A DNA stretch of 64,000 nucleotides, taken from Candidatus Nomurabacteria bacterium (GTDB lineage: Bacteria; Patescibacteriota; Patescibacteriia; Magasanikbacterales; UBA922). The stretch is from NCBI GenBank assembly GCA_020632445.1, contig JACKFN010000002.1, positions 105,360-169,359 on the forward strand, read 5' to 3'. Each line of letters starts with the position of its first letter. The first letter of the stretch is position 1. Positions 18,397 through 27,881 of the stretch are shown here, piece by piece. The notes beneath the pieces were generated by a model, which saw only the letters and a program-made list of their open reading frames with translations, was not told the DNA's origin and ran no database searches. The translations under genes were made by a program, and so were the position numbers.

Positions 18397-18783
18397 CTAA
18401 TCCAAATCCATAATATTGTCCCGAAATCTCCCGCAGTTTATATCAAGAGCTCTGTAAATGTCAAATAAGCGTTCACTAGATAGTTCCCCCTTTTTAGCAA
18501 TGATTCCTCTTCTATCAAGAGTTTCTATCTTATACAGCTTACACAAAGCGTCAACGCCTAACCCATTTTCCGCGGCCACGAGAAGTACCTCGTTAGCAAA
18601 GACATGGTCACCTTTTTCACGCGGCTCAAGAATAGCGCATACAATAGTAGACAATCCTTCATTGAGGACATTATCCTGCAAAACCACCACAGCTTTTTCT
18701 CCCTTTTTTGACTCGTAGAGAAAAATATCACCACGCTCTATGACACCACAATACATGTTATCAATATCAAATGCTGCTTCCAT
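18397..18783 (-). CDS. MazF/PemK-family endoribonuclease toxin
   Basis: 128 aa. RGDIFLYE...KAVVVLQDN...LSTIVCAI...RRGIIAKKGELSSERLFDIYRALDI follows the PemK/MazF fold pattern (GDIWLV...RPVLIVS...VVVPxT...). It overlaps the upstream RHH gene. Confidence 0.65.
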   Translation of the reverse strand: MEAAFDIDNMYCGVIERGDIFLYESKKGEKAVVVLQDNVLNEGLSTIVCAILEPREKGDHVFANEVLLVAAENGLGVDALCKLYKIETLDRRGIIAKKGELSSERLFDIYRALDINCGRFRDNIMDLD

Positions 18784-18785
18784 AC

Positions 18786-18983
18786 CTATTGCCTTTCTTT
18801 GCTCACCGCCCGCAGTTCATCCTCCATGCTTTGGATTTCCTGTTTATGTTTGTAGTCCAAAATCGCCCTAGCCACAAAATCACTTCGCTTTCCATGCGGA
18901 AATGCTTTACGAAAATAACTTGCCAAGCTTTTTGGCAATTTTATAGTCAAACGTTCAATGGATTCCTCCGCTTTACTTCGCAT
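18786..18983 (-). CDS. Ribbon-helix-helix (CopG/MazE-like) antitoxin
   Basis: ERLTIKLPKSLASYFRKAFP...SDFVARAILDY is a typical RHH beta-strand plus two helices. Its stop lies next to the toxin start. The start was chosen at MRSKAEE. Confidence 0.55.
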   Translation of the reverse strand: MRSKAEESIERLTIKLPKSLASYFRKAFPHGKRSDFVARAILDYKHKQEIQSMEDELRAVSKERQ

Positions 18984-19068
18984 ACTTCTTTCAGTATACA
19001 GAAAAAAAACAAAATCCAAACTTCTTTCTGTGGATAAGTTGCACTCTACAATACACCTTTTATTTGCG

Positions 19069-20769
19069 TTACATCTTTTCTACCACTGATATTCCTAGCA
19101 ATCCAAGCCCCTTTTCCATGACTACCAAAACTTTTTCGATTACTTTGATTCTAAATGCTTGGAGATTTTTGTCGTCTTGGATCACTGGACACTGGTGATA
19201 AAAGACATTAAAAAGCTGCGCCAAGTCAAACACATAATGAGCCACCTTTGACGGATCAAGCTCCTTTGCCGCAAGCGTAGTTACCTGTGGAAACTCAAGC
19301 AACTTAAGTAAAAGCTGCCGTTCTTCATCTACCAGCTCAGCTGGCATCATATATGACCCATTTCGTCCTTCCTGATGTGCCTTTCTCAAAATACTTTTAA
19401 TTCTAGCTACAATATACAATAGGTATGGTCCAGAATCTCCTGATAATGTCACACTGTTTTCGATATCAAAAGCAATATCCGATGAGACGTGCACTTTGAG
19501 CATAGAATACTTGAGCGCAGCTACAGAAATAGCTCGTGCAATTTTTTCTTTTTCTTCAACCTGCGCATCCTCCATTACTCGCTGCACCGCCGATTCTACC
19601 TGCTCAATAAGCTGATCACCAGTAACCACATTTCCGGTTCGAGAACTCATCTTTTGATCACCTTTGAGTTGCAAATAGCCACCAACCAAATGAAATTCCT
19701 TTCCAATCGTCTGTGGAGCAATCAACTCGAGCGCCTTAAAAACTACTTTGAAATATTCCGTTTGTTCTTTCCCCACGACATGAATGACTCTGTCTGGGTT
19801 ATACTGTGCAAAACGCATTTCTGAAAGTGCCAAGTCCTTAGCTTCATAGGTTGGGAAGCCTTTGGAGTTAATAAATACTCGGTCATGCAGGCCATAAGCA
19901 CTGCCCTCAAATATGATGGCGCCTTCACTCTCACGAAATACCCCTTTTTGCATGAATGCCTTTACAATTTCTACTCCCCTCTCATACGTCTGCGACTCAA
20001 AGTACATATGATCAAAACGGGTATCAAGTTTTTCATAAATGGTATCAAAATATTCGAGACTCCACTGACGCGCTTTTTGGTATACCTCTTGAATATCAAG
20101 AGAATGCTCATACACTTTGTCGTTGTACGCGATGACGGCCTGTTTTTTTTCTTCACTTTCTTCGAACGCACGTGCACCGTGCGCATAGCATTGCCCCAAA
20201 AACTCTACGCGCTTTCGAACTGGTTCCTGTTCCATCTGCTCGAACAACTCGATATTCTGATAGATTCCATAGAGTGACATGGCAATATGCCTTCCAACAT
20301 CCCCTTGATAGTTTACACGAAGCACCTCATACCCCGCATTTTCGAGCAAACGTGCAACAGATTCTCCGGTGATGGTGTTACGAAGATGCCCCAAATGAAA
20401 AGCCTTCATAGGATTGGGACATGCAAATTCAACCATGTATTTTTGTCCCTTTCCCACTTCTGAGCTTGCAAAATCATCGCCGATTTCTTGCAAGGCGAGG
20501 TTCGCAATGGCATTACCTTGTAAAAAGAAATTTAGGTATGGACCCGTCGCGGCAACCTCACGGATGAAGTCTGGTTGATGCCGCTGAATTTTCTCCACAA
20601 GATTTTGCGCGCACTCTGCTGGATTTTCTCCTTGCTTTTTGGCATGCACAAAGCAGGCAAATGCAAAATCTCCCATCTGTGCGTTTGGCGGACGAGTTAC
20701 TTCTTTTGGGCCAGTGACTCCTACTTGCTCCAAAATCTGTTCAAGTTGTGTGGCAAAATCTTGTGACAT
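19069..20769 (-). CDS. argS: Arginyl-tRNA synthetase
   Basis: 566 aa. The class I HIGH motif is HLGHLRN. The ArgS-typical DALK anticodon-binding domain ends in a C-terminal Met. Confidence 0.95.
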   Translation of the reverse strand: MSQDFATQLEQILEQVGVTGPKEVTRPPNAQMGDFAFACFVHAKKQGENPAECAQNLVEKIQRHQPDFIREVAATGPYLNFFLQGNAIANLALQEIGDDFASSEVGKGQKYMVEFACPNPMKAFHLGHLRNTITGESVARLLENAGYEVLRVNYQGDVGRHIAMSLYGIYQNIELFEQMEQEPVRKRVEFLGQCYAHGARAFEESEEKKQAVIAYNDKVYEHSLDIQEVYQKARQWSLEYFDTIYEKLDTRFDHMYFESQTYERGVEIVKAFMQKGVFRESEGAIIFEGSAYGLHDRVFINSKGFPTYEAKDLALSEMRFAQYNPDRVIHVVGKEQTEYFKVVFKALELIAPQTIGKEFHLVGGYLQLKGDQKMSSRTGNVVTGDQLIEQVESAVQRVMEDAQVEEKEKIARAISVAALKYSMLKVHVSSDIAFDIENSVTLSGDSGPYLLYIVARIKSILRKAHQEGRNGSYMMPAELVDEERQLLLKLLEFPQVTTLAAKELDPSKVAHYVFDLAQLFNVFYHQCPVIQDDKNLQAFRIKVIEKVLVVMEKGLGLLGISVVEKM

Positions 20770-20778
20770 GTTTTAAAT

Positions 20779-21960
20779 CTATTGAATTTCTACAAAAAAA
20801 CGTTTTCCCTTTTGAATCACATCGCCAGATTGAACTTCTTGCGATATGTCCTCTACCTTTACATCATTTACTTTCACTCCACCACCCTCAATGGCACGAC
20901 GCGCATCAGAATTGCTACTGGCAAAACCTGCTTCTTTGAGAACCGACACAATATCGTAGGCAGAAGGCGCGAGCACTGGAATTTCATCTGGTCTATCTCC
21001 AGATTGAATAACGGTTTGAAAATGATCTGCACCCTTTTGAGCGGCATCTTGTCCACGAAACTGTTTGGTAATTTCAAAAGCAAGCCGCAATTTGAAATCT
21101 CTCGGATTCTCCCCTGCAGAAAGTTTCTTTTCTATCTCATGCAGCTGATCCATAGGTATACGCGTACAAATCTCAAAACCGGGAACAATCATCTCGTCAC
21201 TCCATCGCATGACCTTTCCAAACATATCTTCTGGTGAGTCGTCCAAGGCAATCATATTTCCTTCGGTCTTCCCCATCTTCTTTCCTGTCGAATCAACTAA
21301 AAGCTTTGTGGCAACCACAAACTTTTCTTTATCCTTGAGATCTTTCATAAGTGTTCGACCGGCAAGCATGTTAAACGTCTGATCATTTCCTCCTGCTTCT
21401 CCATCGACATCCATGGCTACACAATCATATCCCTGCATGAGTGGGTACATCAGTTCGTGCAGATATACCGGCTTTTCATCTTTGAGACGCTTTTGGAACA
21501 TATCACGTTCCATGAGCCGTTGTACCGTAAAATGTGAAGAAAGCTCCACCACGTCTGCAAAACTCATCTTTCCATGCCACTCACTATTATACAAAAGCTC
21601 AGCCGGATTCTCTCCGTCAAAATCAATAATAGCAGCTGCCTGCTCCTGATACTTCTTACAATTTTGCAAAACTTCATCTTTGGTGAGCTTAGTCCTCGCG
21701 GCTGACTTATCGGTTGGGTCACCAATCATGGCCGTAAAATCACCAATAAGCATGATAATCTTGTGCCCTAAAAGCTGAAAATCCCTGAGTTTGAGGAGTG
21801 TAATTCCATGGCCGATATGAAGCGTTGGTCCGGTTGGATCATACCCAACATAGAGACGAAGCGGCTTTCCCTCAGCCATTCTTTTTTCCAAAAACTCACG
21901 AGTTGGGTAAATGTTTTCGACTCCCCTATCGAATAGATTGTACACAAGTTGGTCTTCCAT
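20779..21960 (-). CDS. tyrS: Tyrosyl-tRNA synthetase (with a C-terminal S4 domain)
   Basis: 393 aa. The N-terminus reads YVGYDPTGPTLHIGHG. The KMSKS variant is KMGKT. The C-terminal S4-like domain is SDARRAIEGGGVKVND. Confidence 0.9.
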   Translation of the reverse strand: MEDQLVYNLFDRGVENIYPTREFLEKRMAEGKPLRLYVGYDPTGPTLHIGHGITLLKLRDFQLLGHKIIMLIGDFTAMIGDPTDKSAARTKLTKDEVLQNCKKYQEQAAAIIDFDGENPAELLYNSEWHGKMSFADVVELSSHFTVQRLMERDMFQKRLKDEKPVYLHELMYPLMQGYDCVAMDVDGEAGGNDQTFNMLAGRTLMKDLKDKEKFVVATKLLVDSTGKKMGKTEGNMIALDDSPEDMFGKVMRWSDEMIVPGFEICTRIPMDQLHEIEKKLSAGENPRDFKLRLAFEITKQFRGQDAAQKGADHFQTVIQSGDRPDEIPVLAPSAYDIVSVLKEAGFASSNSDARRAIEGGGVKVNDVKVEDISQEVQSGDVIQKGKRFFVEIQ

Positions 21961-21964
21961 ATGC

Positions 21965-23062
21965 TTACATTAAAGGTAAAGTAATGGTAAATACGGTTGA
22001 TGCTGATTGTCGAAAATCGTTATACTCGCCTTCATCTACATCCACCAATACTTCCCTCATTTGGTGGGTCGGACGAGCATTAAACTCATCATCAGTTTCT
22101 GCTCGAGCCTGCTTGGATTCTTTTGATTGAACGGATATCTTTCCACCCATCGATGCGATCAGCTCGTCGGCATGGGCAAGCCCCAGACCAGTGCTTTCAG
22201 AACCACTTACCCCTTCTCGAAAAAGCATTTTCTGCATAGCTTTATCCATGCCAACTCCATCATCACACACCTCGATGACAAACTCACGAAGCTCTGGATG
22301 AACATACATTCCAATACTAATATTTTTGGCACGGACCATTTTTTGTCTTTGCGCATATGTCAAATTCCCCAATATGTTCCGAAAAACATTAAAAAGCACT
22401 CCTTGAGCAACCTTGACCTGCTCATTTTGACCCTGCCGAAAGATGTTTACTTTCTCAAAAGTAATGCGTTTTTTGTATGTCTGCAAGAAAAGTTCAAATA
22501 AGTCTTTGATCTCTTCAATGTTTTTTTCTTCCATGATCTGCTCATCTCCAATGGCTTCTGGGATTTTATATGCGTAATTGTTATTTTCTGTTTGTGCTTT
22601 TTTTTGCTCCACATTATACGAACGCACCACTAATGACTCCATAATAGCTTCGTACAGTTCATATATATCGACCAATCGATTATACAATAGATGAAATCCT
22701 TCATCATCCCTTTCTCCATTATGTGGCTTAAGAGCATCTTCCATGGCTTCGATAAAGCCTACCACCAAGTTATAGTAGTCGTGAAAAAGGTCGTGACCAA
22801 CATATCGCTGTTTGATTTCTTCCGGAAAACTTTCAAACAAAACTGGCGTTTTCTTAAGACTGTCAATCATTCTGGTTGCAAAATCATAGCGTCCTGTACG
22901 TACTGCCTCTGCAGAAGCATGAATCAAAATTTTATACTCACGTAACTTCTTCAAAATGGTATCAAGTGACAATTTCTCTCTTGCCGCTTCCCGTTCTACT
23001 GATTTACCCATATCTTGAGCAGAAACCACAACACGTTGATCTACGACTCTTTTATCACTCAT
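21965..23062 (-). CDS. Cytoplasmic histidine-kinase-like ATPase (HATPase_c) protein with no TM and no clear H-box
   Basis: 365 aa. The N box is LFNVFRNILGNLTYA, G1 is VCDDGVGM and G2 is TGLGLAHADE. It is embedded between valS and tyrS, and its start overlaps the valS stop. Confidence 0.5.
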   Translation of the reverse strand: MSDKRVVDQRVVVSAQDMGKSVEREAAREKLSLDTILKKLREYKILIHASAEAVRTGRYDFATRMIDSLKKTPVLFESFPEEIKQRYVGHDLFHDYYNLVVGFIEAMEDALKPHNGERDDEGFHLLYNRLVDIYELYEAIMESLVVRSYNVEQKKAQTENNNYAYKIPEAIGDEQIMEEKNIEEIKDLFELFLQTYKKRITFEKVNIFRQGQNEQVKVAQGVLFNVFRNILGNLTYAQRQKMVRAKNISIGMYVHPELREFVIEVCDDGVGMDKAMQKMLFREGVSGSESTGLGLAHADELIASMGGKISVQSKESKQARAETDDEFNARPTHQMREVLVDVDEGEYNDFRQSASTVFTITLPLM

Positions 23063-25854
23063 ACAAAACTTTCTTGTTGTTCTTTTAGCTTTTTAAGATT
23101 TTCCTTTGCTTTGGCAAGTTTTTCCTTTTCTTGATTGACCACTGCCTCTGGTGCATTGCTGACAAAACTCTCATTGGAAAGTTTTTTCTCCTGAGCAATA
23201 ACATATGGTTCAATTCCGTCAATTTCTTTTTGGATTCTTTCTTTTTCTTTTTCAAAATCGACAGCACCAGCAAGATCTACATATACAGTTACTCCTGTGT
23301 CCACAAAACTCACCATAGTATCGGTTTTGTCTATCTGTGGTGCAATCGTGAATGACTGTAGTTTCAGAAGTTTTTGGATAACTTGTGCCTGACTATCAAG
23401 CAACACCTGAAATTCTTCTGTTTCAATTGAGACAGAAAGATCAACGGTATATGGTATATTGTACTCTCCTCGGATATTTCGAAGTCCAGTGATAACACTA
23501 CGGACGATTTCAAATTGATTTTCTATTTTTTCGTTGCCTTGAGTACTCATCGCCTTTGGCCATGGGGCGACCATAATAATTTGTTCTTCTCCATAAACAT
23601 TTTGCCAAATGGCTTCCGTAACAAACGGCATAAACGGATGCCACAAACGAAGCAACGTACTCAAAATCACATTGAGAATTTCTGATTTCTCCTCTCCTTC
23701 GGACTCTCGCTTGGCGATTTCCAAATACCAATCGGCCACATCATTCCAAGTAAATTCGCGAAGCTTTTCGAGTGCCAAAGTAAATTGATATTCTGCAACC
23801 AGCGTATTTACCTGTGTTATGGTGTTTTGTAATTTTTGAATAACCCACTGATCAGCGAGTGTGTATGCTTGTGGCATTTGAGAAATTTCTGGTGTGAGTG
23901 CACTTTCACGAATGTTCCCCTTCATGAAACGAGACAGATTCCATAATTTATTCACAAGATTTCTCGCATCTTCTACTTTTTCAATGTAAAAACGAGAATC
24001 ATTCCCAGGTGTGCATCCAGTAACCAAACTATACCGAAGCGCATCAGCACCATACTGCTCAATCATTTCGAGTGGATCAATTCCATTTCCTGCTGACTTG
24101 GAAAATTTCTTTCCATCTTTGTCGCGAAGCATCCCATGAATGTACACATTCGAAAAAGGAATTTCTCCAATCGCATATGTCGTCATCAAAATCATACGTG
24201 CCATCCAGAAAAACAAAATCTCCCACCCCATTTGCATCCAATTGGTTGGGTGAAACAATTTCAAATCTTCGGTTTGATCTGGCCACCCGAGCGTTGAAAA
24301 CGTCCAAAGACCGGAACTAAACCAGGTATCAAGGGTATCTTCGTCCTGAGTCCAGCCATCACCCTGTGGAGCTTCAACTCCGCAGTACACTTCTTCACCA
24401 CGGTACCACACCGGTATCCTATGGCCCCACCAAATCTGCCGTGAAATACACCAATCACGCAAATTATCAATCCATTCAAAATACGTCTTATTATACCTAT
24501 CAGGCAAAATGTTTACCTCTCCAGAACGCACCACCGTCTGCATAAGCTCTTTGAGCGTAACCTCCTGTCCGGCTTTGATATCTTTGAGCTTTGACTGTTT
24601 TAAAACAAATTTTTTATTAACATCCACAAACCACTGATTGGAGACCATTGGTTCTATCACGGTCTTGGTACGATAACACAGTGGCACTCGGTGAACATAG
24701 CTTACGTCTTCTCCAACAATGAGCCCCTTATCTTTCATGATCTGTACAGACTTTTTCCGTGCGCTTTCGATGGTTTCTCCTTCGAGCTCACCGGCGATCG
24801 ATGTCATCTTTCCAGAAAAATCAATCTTTTGGATAAATGTTTCATCTAAACCTCGTCGATTAGCCAAATCATAATCATCTGCTGAATGATTGGAAGAAAT
24901 AGTCATCGCACCTGCCCCCTTTTCCATGTCAATCACCTCGTCGGCAAGAACGGTAAAAGTTCGGGAACCAGCATAGGTCTCGTACTCGAATGTTTGCCCC
25001 TCCAACTCTTTTCCCATTTTTTCTTCGATAACAACAAACTCGCTTTGTGGCTGCAGGGCGCTTAGTACATTTTCCATTTGCTCCTTGTCGTCAAAAAGAT
25101 TTTTGGAAAGGATAAGTTCATCAGTCTCACCATCCGCATTGGTAAAACGCACTTTTACATAGACGCCTTCAGGATGCACCACGAGCGGCGAATTGGCACA
25201 CTTGGTTTCAGGACGAACCGTACCAATCACAAAGTTCCCACAACGGATGTAATAAAACGGTTCTTGTTTTTCATCCCACTCAAGCTCGTCATCCGAAAGC
25301 ACAGACTGCGCTCCAATAGACCAGTTGATCAAACGTGTACCACGGTAGATAAGTCCATCATCGTACATGCGCTTGAAAATTTCGTTCACGGCGCGATTGC
25401 GATCGTCGTCAAAAGTATAGCGAAGTCGTGACCAGTCAGCACTGGTACCGAGTTTTCGAATTTGTCCGAGAATGGTTGCTTTAGAATCTTCGGCAAAGGT
25501 ACGAATCCTACTGAGCAGTTCTTCTCTTCCAAGCTCCTCACGAGGATGCTCAATTCCTTCTTTTACCAAAAGGCCTTCTACCTTGGCCTGAGTGGCTACT
25601 GCTGCGTGATCAGTTCCGGGTAACAGTAACACTTTTTTCCCCTGCATACGCTGATAGCGCACCATGAGATCCATAAGGGAATTTTCCAATGCATGACCCA
25701 AATGCAAAATTCCCGTTACATTTGGTGGCGGCATCATCACAGAAAATGGTTCACCTTCCAGATTATCAGGGTTAAAAAAACCAGAATCTATCCATTTTTG
25801 ATAAATTTCATCTTCAAATTTACTCGGCTCATACGCCTTTTCCATTTCTTTCAT
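23059..25854 (-). CDS. valS: Valyl-tRNA synthetase
   Basis: 931 aa. MPPPNVTGILHLGHA is the ValS signature. The KMSKS motif is KFSKSAGN. A C-terminal coiled coil is present. Confidence 0.95.
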   Translation of the reverse strand: MKEMEKAYEPSKFEDEIYQKWIDSGFFNPDNLEGEPFSVMMPPPNVTGILHLGHALENSLMDLMVRYQRMQGKKVLLLPGTDHAAVATQAKVEGLLVKEGIEHPREELGREELLSRIRTFAEDSKATILGQIRKLGTSADWSRLRYTFDDDRNRAVNEIFKRMYDDGLIYRGTRLINWSIGAQSVLSDDELEWDEKQEPFYYIRCGNFVIGTVRPETKCANSPLVVHPEGVYVKVRFTNADGETDELILSKNLFDDKEQMENVLSALQPQSEFVVIEEKMGKELEGQTFEYETYAGSRTFTVLADEVIDMEKGAGAMTISSNHSADDYDLANRRGLDETFIQKIDFSGKMTSIAGELEGETIESARKKSVQIMKDKGLIVGEDVSYVHRVPLCYRTKTVIEPMVSNQWFVDVNKKFVLKQSKLKDIKAGQEVTLKELMQTVVRSGEVNILPDRYNKTYFEWIDNLRDWCISRQIWWGHRIPVWYRGEEVYCGVEAPQGDGWTQDEDTLDTWFSSGLWTFSTLGWPDQTEDLKLFHPTNWMQMGWEILFFWMARMILMTTYAIGEIPFSNVYIHGMLRDKDGKKFSKSAGNGIDPLEMIEQYGADALRYSLVTGCTPGNDSRFYIEKVEDARNLVNKLWNLSRFMKGNIRESALTPEISQMPQAYTLADQWVIQKLQNTITQVNTLVAEYQFTLALEKLREFTWNDVADWYLEIAKRESEGEEKSEILNVILSTLLRLWHPFMPFVTEAIWQNVYGEEQIIMVAPWPKAMSTQGNEKIENQFEIVRSVITGLRNIRGEYNIPYTVDLSVSIETEEFQVLLDSQAQVIQKLLKLQSFTIAPQIDKTDTMVSFVDTGVTVYVDLAGAVDFEKEKERIQKEIDGIEPYVIAQEKKLSNESFVSNAPEAVVNQEKEKLAKAKENLKKLKEQQESFV

Positions 25855-25991
25855 AAAATTTGCCTAAAATAAAAGAAAAAACAGCATTTATGCAATCAAT
25901 AGATTTATGGTAGCAAATCCAGGCAAAAAAAGCAAATATTGTGCCAAGATAAGCCAAATATTTATCCCCAAGCCACAAATTGACCCAAGAC

Positions 25992-26020
25992 TTGACGTAT
26001 ATGAATTTTTTTGGTATAGT
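25992..26020 (+). promoter_or_regulatory. AT-rich sigma70-like promoter TTGACG-17-TATAGT, immediately upstream of high-GC island 2
   Basis: TTGACG is at 25992-25997 and TATAGT at 26015-26020. The RBS GGAGGA (26041-26046) and GTG (26052) follow. Confidence 0.5.
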
Positions 26021-26051
26021 CATTTATCCGTAACCACCACGGAGGACATCC

Positions 26052-26219
26052 GTGTCCCGTACCAGAAGGACCATCGGTCGAGCCCTGTTTTGGGGCTTGG
26101 CCGCCAACACCGCATGGGTGTTCCTCATGTCGGTAGGGTCCTACGAGCTCCTCGATGGGATCTTCGACATCGACGAGCTGTTCAACTACCGATTCAAGCC
26201 GAAGGAGGAAGACAAGTGA
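26052..26219 (+). CDS. Small membrane protein (55 aa), first ORF of the GC-island micro-operon
   Basis: GTG start with the RBS GGAGGA. The product is VSRTRRTIGRALFWGLAANTAWVFLMSVGSYELLDGIFDIDELFNYRFKPKEEDK. GC3 is high. Its stop overlaps the next start (GTGA). Confidence 0.4.
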   Translation: MSRTRRTIGRALFWGLAANTAWVFLMSVGSYELLDGIFDIDELFNYRFKPKEEDK

Positions 26220-26386
26220 ACGGGATAGCCGAGGACCTGCTCGAGTCGTCTGTGGGCTTATGCCCCTTCTTCATCGTCGACGGCATCAACTGGCTCGAAC
26301 GCCGCGCTCGCGCGCGGACTCGTCGTCGCGAAAACCGTGAAATCCGTCGCTGTAAGCAGATGCAGCATATCTGGGGGCTCTGGTGA
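26216..26386 (+). CDS. Small protein (56 aa) with a hydrophobic N-terminal half and an Arg-rich tail
   Basis: GTG start preceded by AAGGAGGA. The product is VNGIAEDLLESSVGLCPFFIVDGINWLERRARARTRRRENREIRRCKQMQHIWGLW. It is coupled to both ORF1 and ORF3. Confidence 0.4.
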   Translation: MNGIAEDLLESSVGLCPFFIVDGINWLERRARARTRRRENREIRRCKQMQHIWGLW

Positions 26387-26607
26387 TGCTGTTCTACCGC
26401 GCTGGCATCGTCGTCGGTCTCATGCTCAACACCGAGGCCGCAGCGGCCAAGGTGCTGAACCGGCGATCCATTGACGTCGCAGTCGCCTGCCACATCGTCA
26501 GCATCGCCGTCATGGGAGCATTCCTCCCTGAGACCTTCAAGAAGGGCATGCATGACGCCGAGTCAGCGGTGGAAGCTCTAACCAACCCATTCGACTTCGA
26601 CATCTGA
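26383..26607 (+). CDS. Small hydrophobic protein (74 aa), third coupled ORF
   Basis: ATGA stop/start overlap with ORF2. The product is MMLFYRAGIVVGLMLNTEAAAAKVL...VAVACHIVSIAVMGAFLPETFKKG. Confidence 0.4.
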   Translation: MMLFYRAGIVVGLMLNTEAAAAKVLNRRSIDVAVACHIVSIAVMGAFLPETFKKGMHDAESAVEALTNPFDFDI

Positions 26608-26691
26608 TCGTCCCACAAACCACCCCACGCGGACCCCACCCCGCCATCTTCAGAAGAGCAAATACTTGTTTGTTGTTCTGAGTAGAAAAAT

Positions 26692-27855
26692 ATGGCACTA
26701 AAGATTAATGAACAAATCATGAAACGATTTGATCAGGCAAATAACATCCTGATTGTTTTTCGTCGCCATTTTTCTGGAGACTCAATTGCATCAGCGCTTG
26801 GGCTCTATAACTACCTCGAATCAAAAAACAAACGAGTCGACATGGTGTCGGAAAATTTTGTCCTTCCTACACAATACGAATTTTTGCCAAAAGCACATCT
26901 GATCAAAAAAGAATTTTCCTTTCTGCAAAAATTTGTCATTACCGTAGACATCAAGGATATTGGAATTGAAGAACTCAACTATGATGTGGAGCATGAAAAG
27001 CTACGCATTTTTGTTACTCCAAAACAGGGACTCATTACCGGAAACCACATCCGTACCGCGCAGACTCGATTTCGCTATGATCTCATTGTCGTGGTGGACA
27101 GCCCTGACCTCGAATCACTTGGAGATCTCTTTGAAAAACACACAGATTTGTTTTACCAAATTCCCGTTATCAATATTGATAACCACAGCGAAAACGAACA
27201 CTTTGGTCACATCAACCATGTTGATATTACCGCAACCTCTACCGCTGAAATGGTCTACAACCTCATCAAAACCGATCAAAAGCTCGTTATGGATGCTGAC
27301 AAGGCGACTACCCTGCTTACAGGAATCATTGCCAAAACACAGAGCTTCAAGACCAATGAGACCAAACCACACACACTTAATATTGCCAGTGAACTCATCA
27401 ACCACGGAGCAGATCGAGACCTTATTATTCGCAACCTCTACCGCACTCGTAGCGTTAATGCGCTCAAACTCTGGGGACAGGCGCTCACACACCTCAAGCA
27501 CGACCGATCAAACAATCTTGTCTGGACGAGTATTACCCGAGAAGATTTCGTTCGCACTGGTGCCAATGAATATGACCTGCATGATATTGTCGATGAACTT
27601 ATCTCGAACTCTCCAGAAGCAGAAGTGATTGCCCTCTTTTATGAACCACACCACAAGGATTCAGAAGGAACACCCGTGCATGTTCTCCTTACCGTCGAAA
27701 AACCATACGACGCTGCCAAGCTCGTCGGTGAATATGGCCCCCTCCTTGGAGGAAAAAGACGCGTGTCCTTTATCGTAGAAGGAAAATCACTTGCAGATGT
27801 TGAAAGCAGTATTGTGGAGACGATCAAAAAACGAATGAAAGAAGTGAAAAAGTAA
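26692..27855 (+). CDS. DHH-family phosphoesterase (NrnA-like core) with variant motif III (DNH instead of DHH)
   Basis: 387 aa. Motif I is HFSGDSIASALG, motif II is VVVDSPD and motif III is NIDNHSEN. Its size is NrnA-like. Confidence 0.5.
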   Translation: MALKINEQIMKRFDQANNILIVFRRHFSGDSIASALGLYNYLESKNKRVDMVSENFVLPTQYEFLPKAHLIKKEFSFLQKFVITVDIKDIGIEELNYDVEHEKLRIFVTPKQGLITGNHIRTAQTRFRYDLIVVVDSPDLESLGDLFEKHTDLFYQIPVINIDNHSENEHFGHINHVDITATSTAEMVYNLIKTDQKLVMDADKATTLLTGIIAKTQSFKTNETKPHTLNIASELINHGADRDLIIRNLYRTRSVNALKLWGQALTHLKHDRSNNLVWTSITREDFVRTGANEYDLHDIVDELISNSPEAEVIALFYEPHHKDSEGTPVHVLLTVEKPYDAAKLVGEYGPLLGGKRRVSFIVEGKSLADVESSIVETIKKRMKEVKK

Positions 27856-27881
27856 CAGTAAAGCTAAAAAAAAAATCGGCA

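Noticed and set aside
25855-26050. Possible T-box leader upstream of valS (GGTGGTTACGG reminiscent of the T-box sequence)
   Set aside because: The match lies at the far 5' end, inside the GC-island boundary, and not 20-40 nt before the start codon. No specifier-loop, terminator or antiterminator arrangement is present.
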